A stretch of 64,000 nucleotides of DNA. It comes from a virus (lineage: Duplodnaviria > Caudoviricetes). Shown one piece after another: positions 9,736 to 18,668 of the stretch. Every line of letters starts with the position of its first letter. Within the stretch, counting starts at the first letter, position 1. The stretch lies in the IMG/VR virus record IMGVR_UViG_3300027732_001399, positions 16,943 through 80,942 of that record; one strand, written 5' to 3'. The translations under genes and the position numbers were made by a program. The notes under the pieces are model-generated. The model was not told where the DNA came from. It made no database searches and worked only from the letters and a program-made list of their open reading frames with translations.

Positions 9736-10570
9736 GTCCACCTAATTCTCCTTCTAATCCTGATTTTATTTTTCTATCTAAGTAGTCCTGACTCCTGAAT
9801 ATTTTAGGATCAACTGATAATGGGGATATTTCTATGTTTAACATCTTTGCATAAAAATACAATGCGTGTTCTGGTCCCACTAGATTATTACTGTTAAAAC
9901 TTTTCTTTCCTATAACAGGCAACCATCTATAAAATTCACAGATACGATTAAATGTAATAGTATCAGCAAACCAAAATACGTCGCCCAATCTATGAAAAGG
10001 AAACTGTTCAGGATCTTTTCTAGTATGACAAGTATAAAAAGTATTAACTTCTGGATACACTAGATCATATCTTACAAAATGATCAATTTGATAATCATCA
10101 AAAAACATGTCGTATCTTATCTTGATGCATAAATCATAATGAAAATCATTTTCGAACTCGTGAATTTTCTTTAAGTGAGCGGCTCTCATTACGCTATAGA
10201 ATTGACCAGCGGCCCAATCTAATTTAGTTTCTCCGTGTTCATTGAGATGTACAGCATTTTGTTCGCGCACGTCTTTGATTTTATTTTTGTTAGAAATTTC
10301 ATCTTCGAATATACACGCTTTGGGTTTTATTGTATCTACGAATCTTTTCTTTTCATCATCAGATATTTTGTCACCGGGCACAGTATTATAATCCCAGCCT
10401 TCGTGCATTAACAAACGATGAGGCGGAGAATTATAATCCCATACATGACAAAATATATCTATGTCATCGACTTCATATGATTGTTTGATTTTATCAATTA
10501 GTTTAAACCACGTATGATAACACTTTTCCCATGTTCGAGGTTGTCCACTGATGCAAATAGCCACTTTCAT
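9722..10570 (-). CDS. Putative glycosyltransferase-like protein (CxSGQxR family), paralog 2
   Basis: VAICISGQPR, DIFCHVWD, QFYS, YDLCIKIRYD, GDVFWFAD and GPE motifs. Confidence 0.55.
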   Translation of the reverse strand: MKVAICISGQPRTWEKCYHTWFKLIDKIKQSYEVDDIDIFCHVWDYNSPPHRLLMHEGWDYNTVPGDKISDDEKKRFVDTIKPKACIFEDEISNKNKIKDVREQNAVHLNEHGETKLDWAAGQFYSVMRAAHLKKIHEFENDFHYDLCIKIRYDMFFDDYQIDHFVRYDLVYPEVNTFYTCHTRKDPEQFPFHRLGDVFWFADTITFNRICEFYRWLPVIGKKSFNSNNLVGPEHALYFYAKMLNIEISPLSVDPKIFRSQDYLDRKIKSGLEGELGGHELI

Positions 10571-11967
10571 TTGGCATTTTTCCATTTAGTATAGTAAGGT
10601 TCAAACTCAGGAAATGTAGCCAAAAAATTTGTTCCTCTTCGCTTGTCATGTTCGTCGACAAACGCAACCAAGTCCTTTTGATATACTGTAACTTCTTCTG
10701 GATCTGTTTGATTCATTGTTAATTCGTATATACGTTTAAATTTTTCAGCTTCCCATTTGAAAAATCCCTGATTGGCACTACCATACCATTCACCGTTTTC
10801 TAAATTACGATACATCATTGTTACTTGATCAAAAATGTATTCCTTGGCCCAGGCCGAGGGCATGACATGAAAGATACTTTGATGTGCAGGATGTCTTAGA
10901 AACGGTGCATCTAAAATCAACGGAGCATGAACTGCATCATGTCCTCCGAACTCGTTTTTAATGTCCAGCACATCTTGTAAGAACAGCGTATATGTAGGTA
11001 CACTAAGAACATTGTAGGTACTCATGATAGTAATAGTACACTCGGGGATTTCTTTTAATACCCTGCGGATGTTACTTAACCAAAGTTCATAATTCATACC
11101 ATCGCGAATATATTCTGCGGCGGCTCCGTGAGCATCACAGCTTGTAAAGATTTTAAACTTTTTAACTTTCTTTTCTTCGCAGATAATTTTAACTTTTTCA
11201 AGGAACTTGTCAAATAACTGCGGTGGCACACATAAGTTACTGTTAATGCTTAAATGTATATCCGGGTTAGGGTTTTCAATTACATAGTCAAGAACTTTAA
11301 ACGTATCTTTGCACAATAACGGTTCACCGCCAGTTATCCTGAAGTGTTGAAGTTCTTTATAAACAGTGGGCCACCATTTCCAGAATGCTTCCACATAAGG
11401 ATTGTATTGATTGTGCGGAATAGGCATTTGATCAATTTGTTTAAGGCCAGCAATATCATTGAAGAGGCCGTGTGTTGGATATGGGCCATGTTGTTTAACT
11501 TCTTCCATCCACAAACTACTGACCTGTGGACTACAATAGCTACATTTAAAATTGCAGACGTTACTGAAACTTACTTCTAGATAACTAGGAACAACGTTAC
11601 TATCCCATGGCAAATTGCGAACTTCGTCAAAGTGAGGCTTTGCCCATACGTCATAGCTCTTATAGATTCTATCGCTGAGTGCATCCGGTGCGCTGTCTTC
11701 TACTTTCCAGCAATAGTCACATTCTTTAGGGCGGGCACCTTCCAACATTAACTTACGCTGTTCTTTTTTAAACTGTGTATTATGCAATGCACTGGGATTG
11801 GCGGCTAGTTCGTCTAAAGGAATTTTGTGCGTAGTGGGATGGTGACAACTGTGGTTGTGACCTGTTTGCAAATGCAGAGTTACCTGTTTCCACTTGGCAA
11901 TACAAAAACTAGGACTAACATCGTTAATCTTTTTTTGAAATGCAATGATATCTTTATTGTGTTCCAT
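10567..11967 (-). CDS. Radical SAM protein with twitch/SPASM-like auxiliary cysteines
   Basis: CNFKCSYC (CxxxCxxC), ITGGEPLL, and N-terminal FCIAKW..SCHH..ECDYCW. Confidence 0.9.
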   Translation of the reverse strand: MEHNKDIIAFQKKINDVSPSFCIAKWKQVTLHLQTGHNHSCHHPTTHKIPLDELAANPSALHNTQFKKEQRKLMLEGARPKECDYCWKVEDSAPDALSDRIYKSYDVWAKPHFDEVRNLPWDSNVVPSYLEVSFSNVCNFKCSYCSPQVSSLWMEEVKQHGPYPTHGLFNDIAGLKQIDQMPIPHNQYNPYVEAFWKWWPTVYKELQHFRITGGEPLLCKDTFKVLDYVIENPNPDIHLSINSNLCVPPQLFDKFLEKVKIICEEKKVKKFKIFTSCDAHGAAAEYIRDGMNYELWLSNIRRVLKEIPECTITIMSTYNVLSVPTYTLFLQDVLDIKNEFGGHDAVHAPLILDAPFLRHPAHQSIFHVMPSAWAKEYIFDQVTMMYRNLENGEWYGSANQGFFKWEAEKFKRIYELTMNQTDPEEVTVYQKDLVAFVDEHDKRRGTNFLATFPEFEPYYTKWKNAK

Positions 11968-11968
11968 A

Positions 11969-12940
11969 TTAATTTATCGAGTTATCTACTTGATTTTCTT
12001 TGACTTGGGCACCGAGTCTGGGTGGGTTAATCCAACTTTCCTTGAACATTTTACTTCCGTTATAGTCGAGTTCTGCAATCTCTAATCCTAGGTTTGTTCT
12101 CAATGATTCTCCTAGTTTGAATATTTCGTCTTGTAGTTTTTTCTTGTCGTATGTCCATCCGCTGGCTAAACATTTTTCAGACTCGCCGGCAAACTGCGGC
12201 TGAACAGCATTTTTCCAAAAGTCATCATGCCATTCAAAATCACGTACCAATGTGAAATCAAAGCCGTCTCTGGCAATATTAGACATATAGCAACCCAATC
12301 TAGTTCCGTACATGGCCCATAGTCCATTGTATACATCAGCACCCACACTGGCCCATACCAGCAAACGTTTATAGTTTCTATCGTGTACTCGTTGTTTGAG
12401 TTGTCGGGGATCCACAGTTACTCCGCCTTCTAATGATAGTTTAACACCTTCTCGAAAGCCCGCACGATATGCTTGGTAAGCACTGGCATTATTAAAAACG
12501 TCACTGTAGATGTTATTCATTTGATGATAGTAAATGTCCCAGCAAAAGTCAACTTGTGCTTTGGGATCTTCTGCGGCTTCATGTGTACGCATTTGTTCTA
12601 CCACATGTTTGGGCCAAAGTTTAATACCGCCATTGCCATAAACTAGTCCATTGACAACATTCTTACCTGCCCATGATATAACGTCGTGACGACTAATTTT
12701 CGACATATCTAATTCAATGCTTAAAAAGTCATCACGTACAATGTTATCTGCATCCACAGTGATAAATCTATCTGTTTCAGCGGCTGCTGCCGCGGCTTTG
12801 TGCGCGGCGTCAAATCCTTTTACTCCATGCACACGCTTGGCCCAAGGAGCTTTGTTACATAGATCAGAATAGTTCTTATCAGCGTTGGGTTCGTCGTAGC
12901 TTAAAAATATAATATCAAAACTGGTAATCGGTGCTAGCAT
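11969..12940 (-). CDS. Glycosyltransferase-like phage protein, paralog 3
   Basis: FLSYDEPNAD, RVHGVKGFDAAH, TVDAD, YGNGGIKLW and AYRAGFREGVK motifs. Start at MLAPI follows AAGGAAG. Confidence 0.7.
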   Translation of the reverse strand: MLAPITSFDIIFLSYDEPNADKNYSDLCNKAPWAKRVHGVKGFDAAHKAAAAAAETDRFITVDADNIVRDDFLSIELDMSKISRHDVISWAGKNVVNGLVYGNGGIKLWPKHVVEQMRTHEAAEDPKAQVDFCWDIYYHQMNNIYSDVFNNASAYQAYRAGFREGVKLSLEGGVTVDPRQLKQRVHDRNYKRLLVWASVGADVYNGLWAMYGTRLGCYMSNIARDGFDFTLVRDFEWHDDFWKNAVQPQFAGESEKCLASGWTYDKKKLQDEIFKLGESLRTNLGLEIAELDYNGSKMFKESWINPPRLGAQVKENQVDNSIN

Positions 12941-13904
12941 CTTCTTCCTTTGCATGTAAATGAAAATAGTTACATACTAATTTAACTTCTTTTTCACTTG
13001 TTAATTTTATCTCAAAATTATTATAGTTGTTAAGTTGGTTACTACTTAACTTGATAGAACCCAACATCATTGTTGGGTCATGTTTTTCACAAATGTATAA
13101 TTCTATGTCTTCATTTAATCTAAATGTGTTAATGTCTTGTATTGTACTTTGTAATTTTAACACATTACCCGTCTGTTTGTAAAGCAAATTTGGAAGATAA
13201 TCTAAATTATTTTCTGCAACTAAGTTTTCGTTTGATTGGTGGTCATATGATATAATTTGGTTGTCGTTGTAATATAAAAATCCGATGTTTTTCAATCCCA
13301 ACACGTCATCTGGCAACCATCTACACTTAAAACTAATATCATGTTTTTCAAATAATTCTCTAGTAGACACAGTGAATTTTCCAAACAGCTTGGATCTTTC
13401 ATTTTTATCAATACAATATATTTCTATGTAATCGGGCAATTCTTCCAAGTGTTTTTCTGAGATTTTTTCCAATAACATATTCAATTTAAAAATATTATAG
13501 TCAAAAATTAGCTGTATTTTTTTAGTTACTACATCACAGTGTAAGTGTATAAAGGACCGTTCTGAATTTGTGGCGAAAATAAAGTCAAATTCCCCTTTTC
13601 TGCGTTGCTTGTTATGTATTAATTCAAATTCATTGGTTGTTTGATTTTTTTTAACTATGAGTTTAGACAGTGATAATTTGTTTTCGAATAATTTTTTTGT
13701 TAATGTAGAAGCAGTTATAACCGCTATAGAATTTCTTTTCTCTGATGGAACAATTTCCATGGGTGATGCAACAACAGGCAAACCTGTAAGTCTATTATAT
13801 TCGACATACACCTTTTGTTCGTTATTTGTATTTCTACTTTTAAGAACTCTTTTTTGTATGTCAAATTCTTCAACTTGATCGTCATCACTTACAAAGTTGC
13901 TCAT
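12915..13904 (-). CDS. Hypothetical protein
   Basis: 329-aa ORF translationally coupled on both sides; no recognised motif. Confidence 0.6.
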   Translation of the reverse strand: MSNFVSDDDQVEEFDIQKRVLKSRNTNNEQKVYVEYNRLTGLPVVASPMEIVPSEKRNSIAVITASTLTKKLFENKLSLSKLIVKKNQTTNEFELIHNKQRRKGEFDFIFATNSERSFIHLHCDVVTKKIQLIFDYNIFKLNMLLEKISEKHLEELPDYIEIYCIDKNERSKLFGKFTVSTRELFEKHDISFKCRWLPDDVLGLKNIGFLYYNDNQIISYDHQSNENLVAENNLDYLPNLLYKQTGNVLKLQSTIQDINTFRLNEDIELYICEKHDPTMMLGSIKLSSNQLNNYNNFEIKLTSEKEVKLVCNYFHLHAKEEDASTDYQF

Positions 13905-14719
13905 TTATTTTTAAAATTTTCTAATATTTCATCAGTGAGCCAGCCCTTGGATTCATATTTAACCAAACCATGTTGTACAAAATTTTCAATTTTAAGAGTA
14001 CCTTCATCATTGACCCAGTAAGTTAAAAATTCACTCCAACGCTTGGTCCAATTGTTATTAATATAATTATTTTCTTGTTTTGACAGATCTACGCAATGCA
14101 TAAAATCAAAGGTTGATATTTTCTTTTCAGTTATAGACTGTAATAAGGATAGCACCCAACTGGGCCATATGTATTTGGGAAACGGTGGCATTTCATGTTC
14201 TTTATCTGCAAAGAAATTTATATAATTGTCTTGATCATAACTGGAACATAACACACTGGCCAGTCCTAGAATGTAATCACAGCCCTTGTCTTTGTTAAAA
14301 AATATTGCATTTGGAATACTGCTGACTCCAAAATTTTTAAATTCAATGCTGGCAGTACTGTACATCACTGGATTTACAATTTCATTATTAAACAAATAGC
14401 GATGTTTTGGAAGAACAATGGGATCTAAACTTCGCAGATTTTCCCATATTCCTAGATCAAAATAAGTCAACAATTGATCGGGCAGTAAGCCGATAGTCTT
14501 GGTATACGGACTCATTAACATTGATTTGAAATAGCATAATGTTGGATTCGTTTCATCTAAAAAAATGACACTGTCCGCTTCTATAAATTTTGCATCTGTG
14601 CTATTAACAATGACACTGACCGGTCTATTAGAATCTATTTTTTTAATGCTTGTTATTAATAGATTTATTTCTATAGAGTTTTCAACAGTTCCATTAACTA
14701 TTAAATAACCTTCACTCAT
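13901..14719 (-). CDS. Degenerate nucleotide-diphospho-sugar transferase-like protein
   Basis: EGYLIV..., SPYTKTIGLLPD and FFNK pattern parallels 14712..15608 (SPYRQTLMIDVD) but lacks the DxD motif. Confidence 0.5.
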   Translation of the reverse strand: MSEGYLIVNGTVENSIEINLLITSIKKIDSNRPVSVIVNSTDAKFIEADSVIFLDETNPTLCYFKSMLMSPYTKTIGLLPDQLLTYFDLGIWENLRSLDPIVLPKHRYLFNNEIVNPVMYSTASIEFKNFGVSSIPNAIFFNKDKGCDYILGLASVLCSSYDQDNYINFFADKEHEMPPFPKYIWPSWVLSLLQSITEKKISTFDFMHCVDLSKQENNYINNNWTKRWSEFLTYWVNDEGTLKIENFVQHGLVKYESKGWLTDEILENFKNK

Positions 14720-15608
14720 AGATTAATTCCTTGAGTTTAGTGTAGTGTCTTAAAATTGCCATTTTATTCATCAAGTGTATGTTTTCATTTATTATTCTAC
14801 TGCAAATATTTTTCCATAACTCTTTAGGATCTGGACATAATAACACGTAGTCATTGAGAGATTTAAATTCTACAATATCATCAATTTGCTCACTGAAACG
14901 CATTACTTTTCCTGGCAGCACTGCCACCGTATTTCCCGCTGTTTGGCCATTTAAAATATGTGCGGCAATGCTGGCAGCATAGTCGGTTCTAAATAACACT
15001 CCGGGAAACTTGTATAACCACTTGTAATAATGATAGTTCTCTTTAACATGTTCCCAAACACCAAAGAACAAGCGAGCGACTTCGCTGTCATTTCTCCAAT
15101 ACACAACGGTGCTCCACCACATGTCTATGCCATCTGGATGCAGTTTTTGTTCCCAGATTCTGGGCTTGTAATTTCTCACGCTGACAGCGTCTTTATACAT
15201 TGCCAGTTCGTAGTCAGTGTCAAACACTGCATCTAAACTGTCATTGCCCACAATGTAGTCAACGTCTATCATCAATGTTTGTCGGTAAGGGCTTTTTTGA
15301 AAAATGCTGTGTTTATTTTTATTATTGAACTGTGTGCTAAATTCTGTCCAAGGACTATCCCTGTGCATCCTTGTATTACGTTCGTGCTGAATATCTTCTA
15401 CAATGATATGATCAAATGTATAAGATAATTGCTCGGGAGTGAGTTCCGCAGTTAAAGCATTAAGAGTGTTTAAATCTGTGAGCAAAGTGACATGATTATT
15501 TTTCATGTGCAGTTTTACATTTGCTGCCGCTATTATTGCTAATTTTTCATAGGCTATTTTGCCGTTGTTATACGCAATCAGCAAAACACCTTTATCAAAT
15601 TTAGACAT
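14712..15608 (-). CDS. Nucleotide-diphospho-sugar transferase (GT-A-like)
   Basis: KGVLLIAYNN, SPYRQTLMIDVDY (DxD), WWSTVVYW, FRTDYAASIA and IHLMNK motifs. Confidence 0.65.
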   Translation of the reverse strand: MSKFDKGVLLIAYNNGKIAYEKLAIIAAANVKLHMKNNHVTLLTDLNTLNALTAELTPEQLSYTFDHIIVEDIQHERNTRMHRDSPWTEFSTQFNNKNKHSIFQKSPYRQTLMIDVDYIVGNDSLDAVFDTDYELAMYKDAVSVRNYKPRIWEQKLHPDGIDMWWSTVVYWRNDSEVARLFFGVWEHVKENYHYYKWLYKFPGVLFRTDYAASIAAHILNGQTAGNTVAVLPGKVMRFSEQIDDIVEFKSLNDYVLLCPDPKELWKNICSRIINENIHLMNKMAILRHYTKLKELIYE

Positions 15609-15954
15609 CTAATCCTACCAATCCTTTAGTGTCTCTTTTCTTTTTTAGTTTTTCGTAGTCGTTGTAATATTCATTCAGTGCTTCTGTGTATGCACTGAAC
15701 AACTTGACATGAAAGTCTTGTAAATTTTTTATTAGTACTGGGTTTTCATTGTCATCTATAAAAACAAATTGTTCAACTTTTTTGTCTAATAAGTGCTGAA
15801 CAAAATTGATTAGTTCCAGTGTGGTTGTAAACATTGAATTTGAATAACCAATGGTTAACATGGTATTCATTCGCTGTTTAAGGTTTAGTTTTTGATTGTT
15901 TAAGGTTAAGCGATAGTTACTGAACTCTAACGCTTCTCTAAGTTTGTCATCCAT
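15601..15954 (-). CDS. Hypothetical phage protein (first gene of the modification operon)
   Basis: 117 aa, GGAG RBS, downstream of TATAAATA. Confidence 0.65.
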   Translation of the reverse strand: MDDKLREALEFSNYRLTLNNQKLNLKQRMNTMLTIGYSNSMFTTTLELINFVQHLLDKKVEQFVFIDDNENPVLIKNLQDFHVKLFSAYTEALNEYYNDYEKLKKKRDTKGLVGLDV

Positions 15955-15982
15955 TTTGACTCCATTATATACTAGTATAATG

Positions 15983-15990
15983 TATTTATA
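15983..15990 (-). promoter_or_regulatory. T4-type late promoter TATAAATA
   Basis: Exact T4 late consensus in the intergenic gap upstream of 15954; a gp55-like sigma factor is encoded in the window. Confidence 0.7.
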
Positions 15991-16008
15991 GTAGCAAAAT
16001 GAAATATT

Positions 16009-17076
16009 TTAAGGAGATGTAGCTATTCCAGAAAAGGCAGGCTGGCCAATTGAAAATGTTGCACTACCGCTGGATTTTGTAGTGGCTTTGTTACTTTCCA
16101 CATACAAGGTGTGAGTTCCATTTACTTCTGTTGAATCTGCACTATGTAACACAACTCGCAACACCAACTGAACTGGACCCGTTGTATAGCTTCCGTTGGT
16201 TGCTACAATTGAACCATACACTCGTATACTTCTTCTGCTGCCGCCATAGCCATATCCATAGCCATATCCGTAGCCATATCCGTAGCCATATCCGTAGCCA
16301 TTGTCGCCGCCATTGCCGTAGCCGTAGCCGCCGCCATTGCCGTAGCCGTAGCCATATCCGTAGCCATATCCGTATCCGTAGCCATATCCGCCACCGCCGG
16401 CGCTGTTACAAGATAATAATAACTGTTCAGCAGAGTTCAAGTCCCTAAAGCCTTTATTTTCGCTGATAATATTTGCAGTAGTCGAAACCGTATTAGTTAA
16501 TTTCAAACTTACAACTCCGAATCTAGCGTATACTGATTGCCATAACCCAGACGCTCCGGATCCAGTGCCTGTTAAATTTAAATTAATGCTACTATCGCTG
16601 TTGAAGAAATATCTAGCTTTGTCATAATTTTGAAAATTTAAAGTCACTGTGTATGTTAAGTTAGAATTCCATGGTGTGGTTCTCGGGATGTTTCCCAAAG
16701 TAGCCAATGCTCGTTGTCCTATGGCTGATAAATTATGTCTTGTGTCAACATCGGCTGACACTGTTTCTATATCATTCCAGATACTGGCAGTGACCTTTTG
16801 TCCAATTATAACACGATCTAGTTCGTAGACACTGCCCGTATGTTCAGCGCCTAAATTAATACGGTCGATCATTTCATTGACCAATGCTGCCGTAATTTTT
16901 GTTCCGGTGTTGGCTAAACCAGCGGATGTGTTTCCCCATCCATAGCCCTGTCTAATTTTATCAGCTAATACTGTTCTAGGGATACTACTGGGATAAATGT
17001 CGGCAAAAACTTTGTTGGTATTGTTGACCAACAAGTTATAGTCACTGGATGTGATTAATTGCCCTTTTGATGCCAA
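16009..17076 (-). CDS. Virion structural protein with (Gly-Tyr)n low-complexity insert
   Basis: Lies in the baseplate gene block; GQLITSSDYN, GQKVTASIWN and ARYFFNSDS resemble tail/baseplate-associated proteins; contains a GY tract. Confidence 0.65.
   Translation of the reverse strand: MASKGQLITSSDYNLLVNNTNKVFADIYPSSIPRTVLADKIRQGYGWGNTSAGLANTGTKITAALVNEMIDRINLGAEHTGSVYELDRVIIGQKVTASIWNDIETVSADVDTRHNLSAIGQRALATLGNIPRTTPWNSNLTYTVTLNFQNYDKARYFFNSDSSINLNLTGTGSGASGLWQSVYARFGVVSLKLTNTVSTTANIISENKGFRDLNSAEQLLLSCNSAGGGGYGYGYGYGYGYGYGYGNGGGYGYGNGGDNGYGYGYGYGYGYGYGYGYGGSRRSIRVYGSIVATNGSYTTGPVQLVLRVVLHSADSTEVNGTHTLYVESNKATTKSSGSATFSIGQPAFSGIATSP
16240..16399 (-). repeat. 6-bp-unit coding tandem repeat (GGCTAC/GGATAT) encoding GYGYGY
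   Basis: Plus strand reads ccgtagccatatccgtagccatat...; protein reads GGGG(YG)8NGGGYGYGNGGDNG(YG)8G. Confidence 0.95.
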
Positions 17077-17077
17077 T

Positions 17078-18016
17078 TTATCTCACTCCAACAGCTACTT
17101 CTACTGTGCTAATACCATTACTGATTTTATCGTTTAATGCTCTGCCAATAATGTTTATTGGATTATATTCATCAGTGGACATTCCCACACCCTGCACCTC
17201 ACTTGAAACAATACGTTGTCCTTTACGAACTGGGCCTTTTACCAAACAAGGCACACGCCCTTTCAATGCTACAGGATAAGCATTTTCTTGCATTTTCATT
17301 TTGCTGTTTAACAAGAAGCCAGGAGCAGTTGATATAATGCCAAATACTTCTTCGTCGTAGGCTTTAATTGTTTTAGTAATTTCCATTTCGCCGCCCAGAC
17401 GAACAATGTTACCAGGAACAAGTTCGACATCACTTCTGTATATCTCGGCCATGTCGGCAAATTCTGCTTCCATTGCACGACCACGGATTTTAAAGTTACC
17501 ATATTCAGAACCAGCATCTTGGCCGTCATTCATATTGATGCCGCAGCCAATAGTCGGGAATCTATTTTGCAAACCAGTGTCTGCATGTGGAGTATATGTA
17601 CCAGCATCACTGCTGATAATAGCAACGATTGTGCCGGTTGTTGCATTCACTGAAGCTCCAACTTGGATTTTAATAGCACGATGAAAAATTCCTGAAATAT
17701 CTTTAATTAAAGCTGTGCTGAATCCGTCTACCGGACCGCCAATTAAATCAGTGCCGCCAATTGGATTCCATTTTACACCGTCATACACGCTGACAACTCG
17801 TGTATTACTGTTCCACCAAAATTGACCAGTAATTGGATTTGATGGAGCAACTGGGTTACTGAAGTGCTCTAGCATCTGAACTAGGTTTTCTGCCATTATT
17901 TCGCCGTAAGCGGAATAATTTTTACCCAGCAACTTAATAGGAGTAGTTGTATCTACTGTTCTATCTGCAACGATTGTTAGTCGTGTGCCGTCTGTTTTTG
18001 TAACATCATATGCCAT
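17078..18016 (-). CDS. Baseplate/tail-associated protein with C-terminal peptidase-G2/chaperone-like domain
   Basis: N-terminal LLGKNYSAYGEIMAENLVQMLEHF..P..PITGQFWW; C-terminal ADMAEIY...GIISTAPGFLLN...PVALKGRVP...IIGRAL. Confidence 0.65.
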   Translation of the reverse strand: MAYDVTKTDGTRLTIVADRTVDTTTPIKLLGKNYSAYGEIMAENLVQMLEHFSNPVAPSNPITGQFWWNSNTRVVSVYDGVKWNPIGGTDLIGGPVDGFSTALIKDISGIFHRAIKIQVGASVNATTGTIVAIISSDAGTYTPHADTGLQNRFPTIGCGINMNDGQDAGSEYGNFKIRGRAMEAEFADMAEIYRSDVELVPGNIVRLGGEMEITKTIKAYDEEVFGIISTAPGFLLNSKMKMQENAYPVALKGRVPCLVKGPVRKGQRIVSSEVQGVGMSTDEYNPINIIGRALNDKISNGISTVEVAVGVR

Positions 18017-18039
18017 TCTTCGAAATTCCTTTATTGTAT

Positions 18040-18047
18040 TATTTATC
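18040..18047 (-). promoter_or_regulatory. Putative late promoter (GATAAATA)
   Basis: TAAATA core in the intergenic gap upstream of 18016. Confidence 0.5.
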
Positions 18048-18051
18048 TATT

Positions 18052-18627
18052 TTAGTTTAGTCTAATTCTTAAAGTATAAACAATCTGTATTACTCTGTTT
18101 GCAGACTTTTGCACTGGATCGAATACAATATGACTCAACAAATATCCTGTATTTTTGCCAGCGGCTCCGCGGCTTTTTAGGCCTAATTCGTTGAAAATAT
18201 AATCGCCGAGTCCAGCCTCTGGTTCATTTTCTTCTATTGTGCAAGTAACCACCAAATCAGTGTAGTTTAAACCAGTGATATGATTTACAACTACATTATT
18301 ATTAATATCATCTGAGTTATTTGCAGTGTCAGCTATGTCAACAACTTTGAAATACGTTGGATTATACAGTCCTGCTTGCAAACCTGTAGATAAATTATCA
18401 GTGACGTCGTTGTAAGTGATGTTTCCAGTTTCGTCTATGATCAAGCCGCCGTTGCCGAAATGCATTTCATATACGTAGGAATTATTGTTTCCTTGTAACA
18501 TAGTGGCAATAATCAACGTCATTGTTTCAGGATTAATTGCGTTATGCTTACTGACAAAGACTTCTTGAGTCTTTGGATCCCAAATCTTTACGTGACCATC
18601 AATGTTAATATTTGTCGAATCTATCAT
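18052..18627 (-). CDS. Virion structural (baseplate/tail) protein
   Basis: GHVKIWD..KHNAI, MHFGNGG and FNELGL..LLSHIVFDPVQKSANRVIQIVYTLRI patterns; baseplate context. Confidence 0.65.
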   Translation of the reverse strand: MIDSTNINIDGHVKIWDPKTQEVFVSKHNAINPETMTLIIATMLQGNNNSYVYEMHFGNGGLIIDETGNITYNDVTDNLSTGLQAGLYNPTYFKVVDIADTANNSDDINNNVVVNHITGLNYTDLVVTCTIEENEPEAGLGDYIFNELGLKSRGAAGKNTGYLLSHIVFDPVQKSANRVIQIVYTLRIRLN

Positions 18628-18645
18628 TTTATTTCCTGTATACTG

Positions 18646-18653
18646 TATTTAAC
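18646..18653 (-). promoter_or_regulatory. Putative late promoter (GTTAAATA)
   Basis: TAAATA core upstream of the AGGA RBS and the ATG at 18627. Confidence 0.45.
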
Positions 18654-18668
18654 TGTTTCTTTAACTAC

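Noticed and set aside
16131-16448. His/Arg-rich (HIRS)n and (MATD)n ORFs
   Set aside because: Alternative-frame readouts of the Gly-Tyr repeat.
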